From NCBI RefSeq assembly GCF_009914755.1, contig NC_060943.1: 64,000 nt of DNA; one strand, written 5' to 3'. Numbering within the stretch: position 1 is the first letter of the stretch; every line of letters starts with the position of its first letter. A model generated the notes under the pieces. The model ran no database searches, was not told where the DNA came from, and saw nothing but the letters and a program-made list of their open reading frames with translations. Below are positions 63,998 through 64,000 of the stretch, piece after piece. The translations under genes and the position numbers were made by a program. Origin of the DNA: the human T2T-CHM13v2.0 reference genome, Homo sapiens.

Positions 63998-64000
63998 CTG

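Overview
Primate genomic DNA, recognisably human chromosome 19q13.3, and very Alu-rich. It holds three genes. (1) The complete SIGLEC11 gene on the minus strand: 11 coding exons, 698 aa, inhibitory ITIM receptor. Its intron 8 is occupied by a 5.65-kb ERV3-related provirus in antisense orientation. (2) Its head-to-head inverted paralogue SIGLEC16 on the plus strand, here the inactive SIGLEC16P allele, with a 4-bp deletion and TAA at the end of the V-set exon. (3) The 3' 11 coding exons of the pseudokinase VRK3 on the minus strand, convergent with SIGLEC16; its first coding exon lies beyond the window. The Siglec-11/16 paired-receptor system with gene conversion is already known, and I see no wholly new gene system. 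The most interesting less-obvious signals are: a GA-to-AA hypermutation signature in the provirus; an LTR nested in a DNA transposon that supplies an alternative last exon of VRK3; an LTR poly(A) signal at the probable SIGLEC16 3' end; the geometry for a ~3-kb dsRNA hairpin or a flip inversion between the two Siglec copies; and an intact exon-2-skipping ORF in the 'null' SIGLEC16P allele. Repeat family names come from recognition without a database search, and repeat boundaries are approximate unless a target-site duplication is cited.
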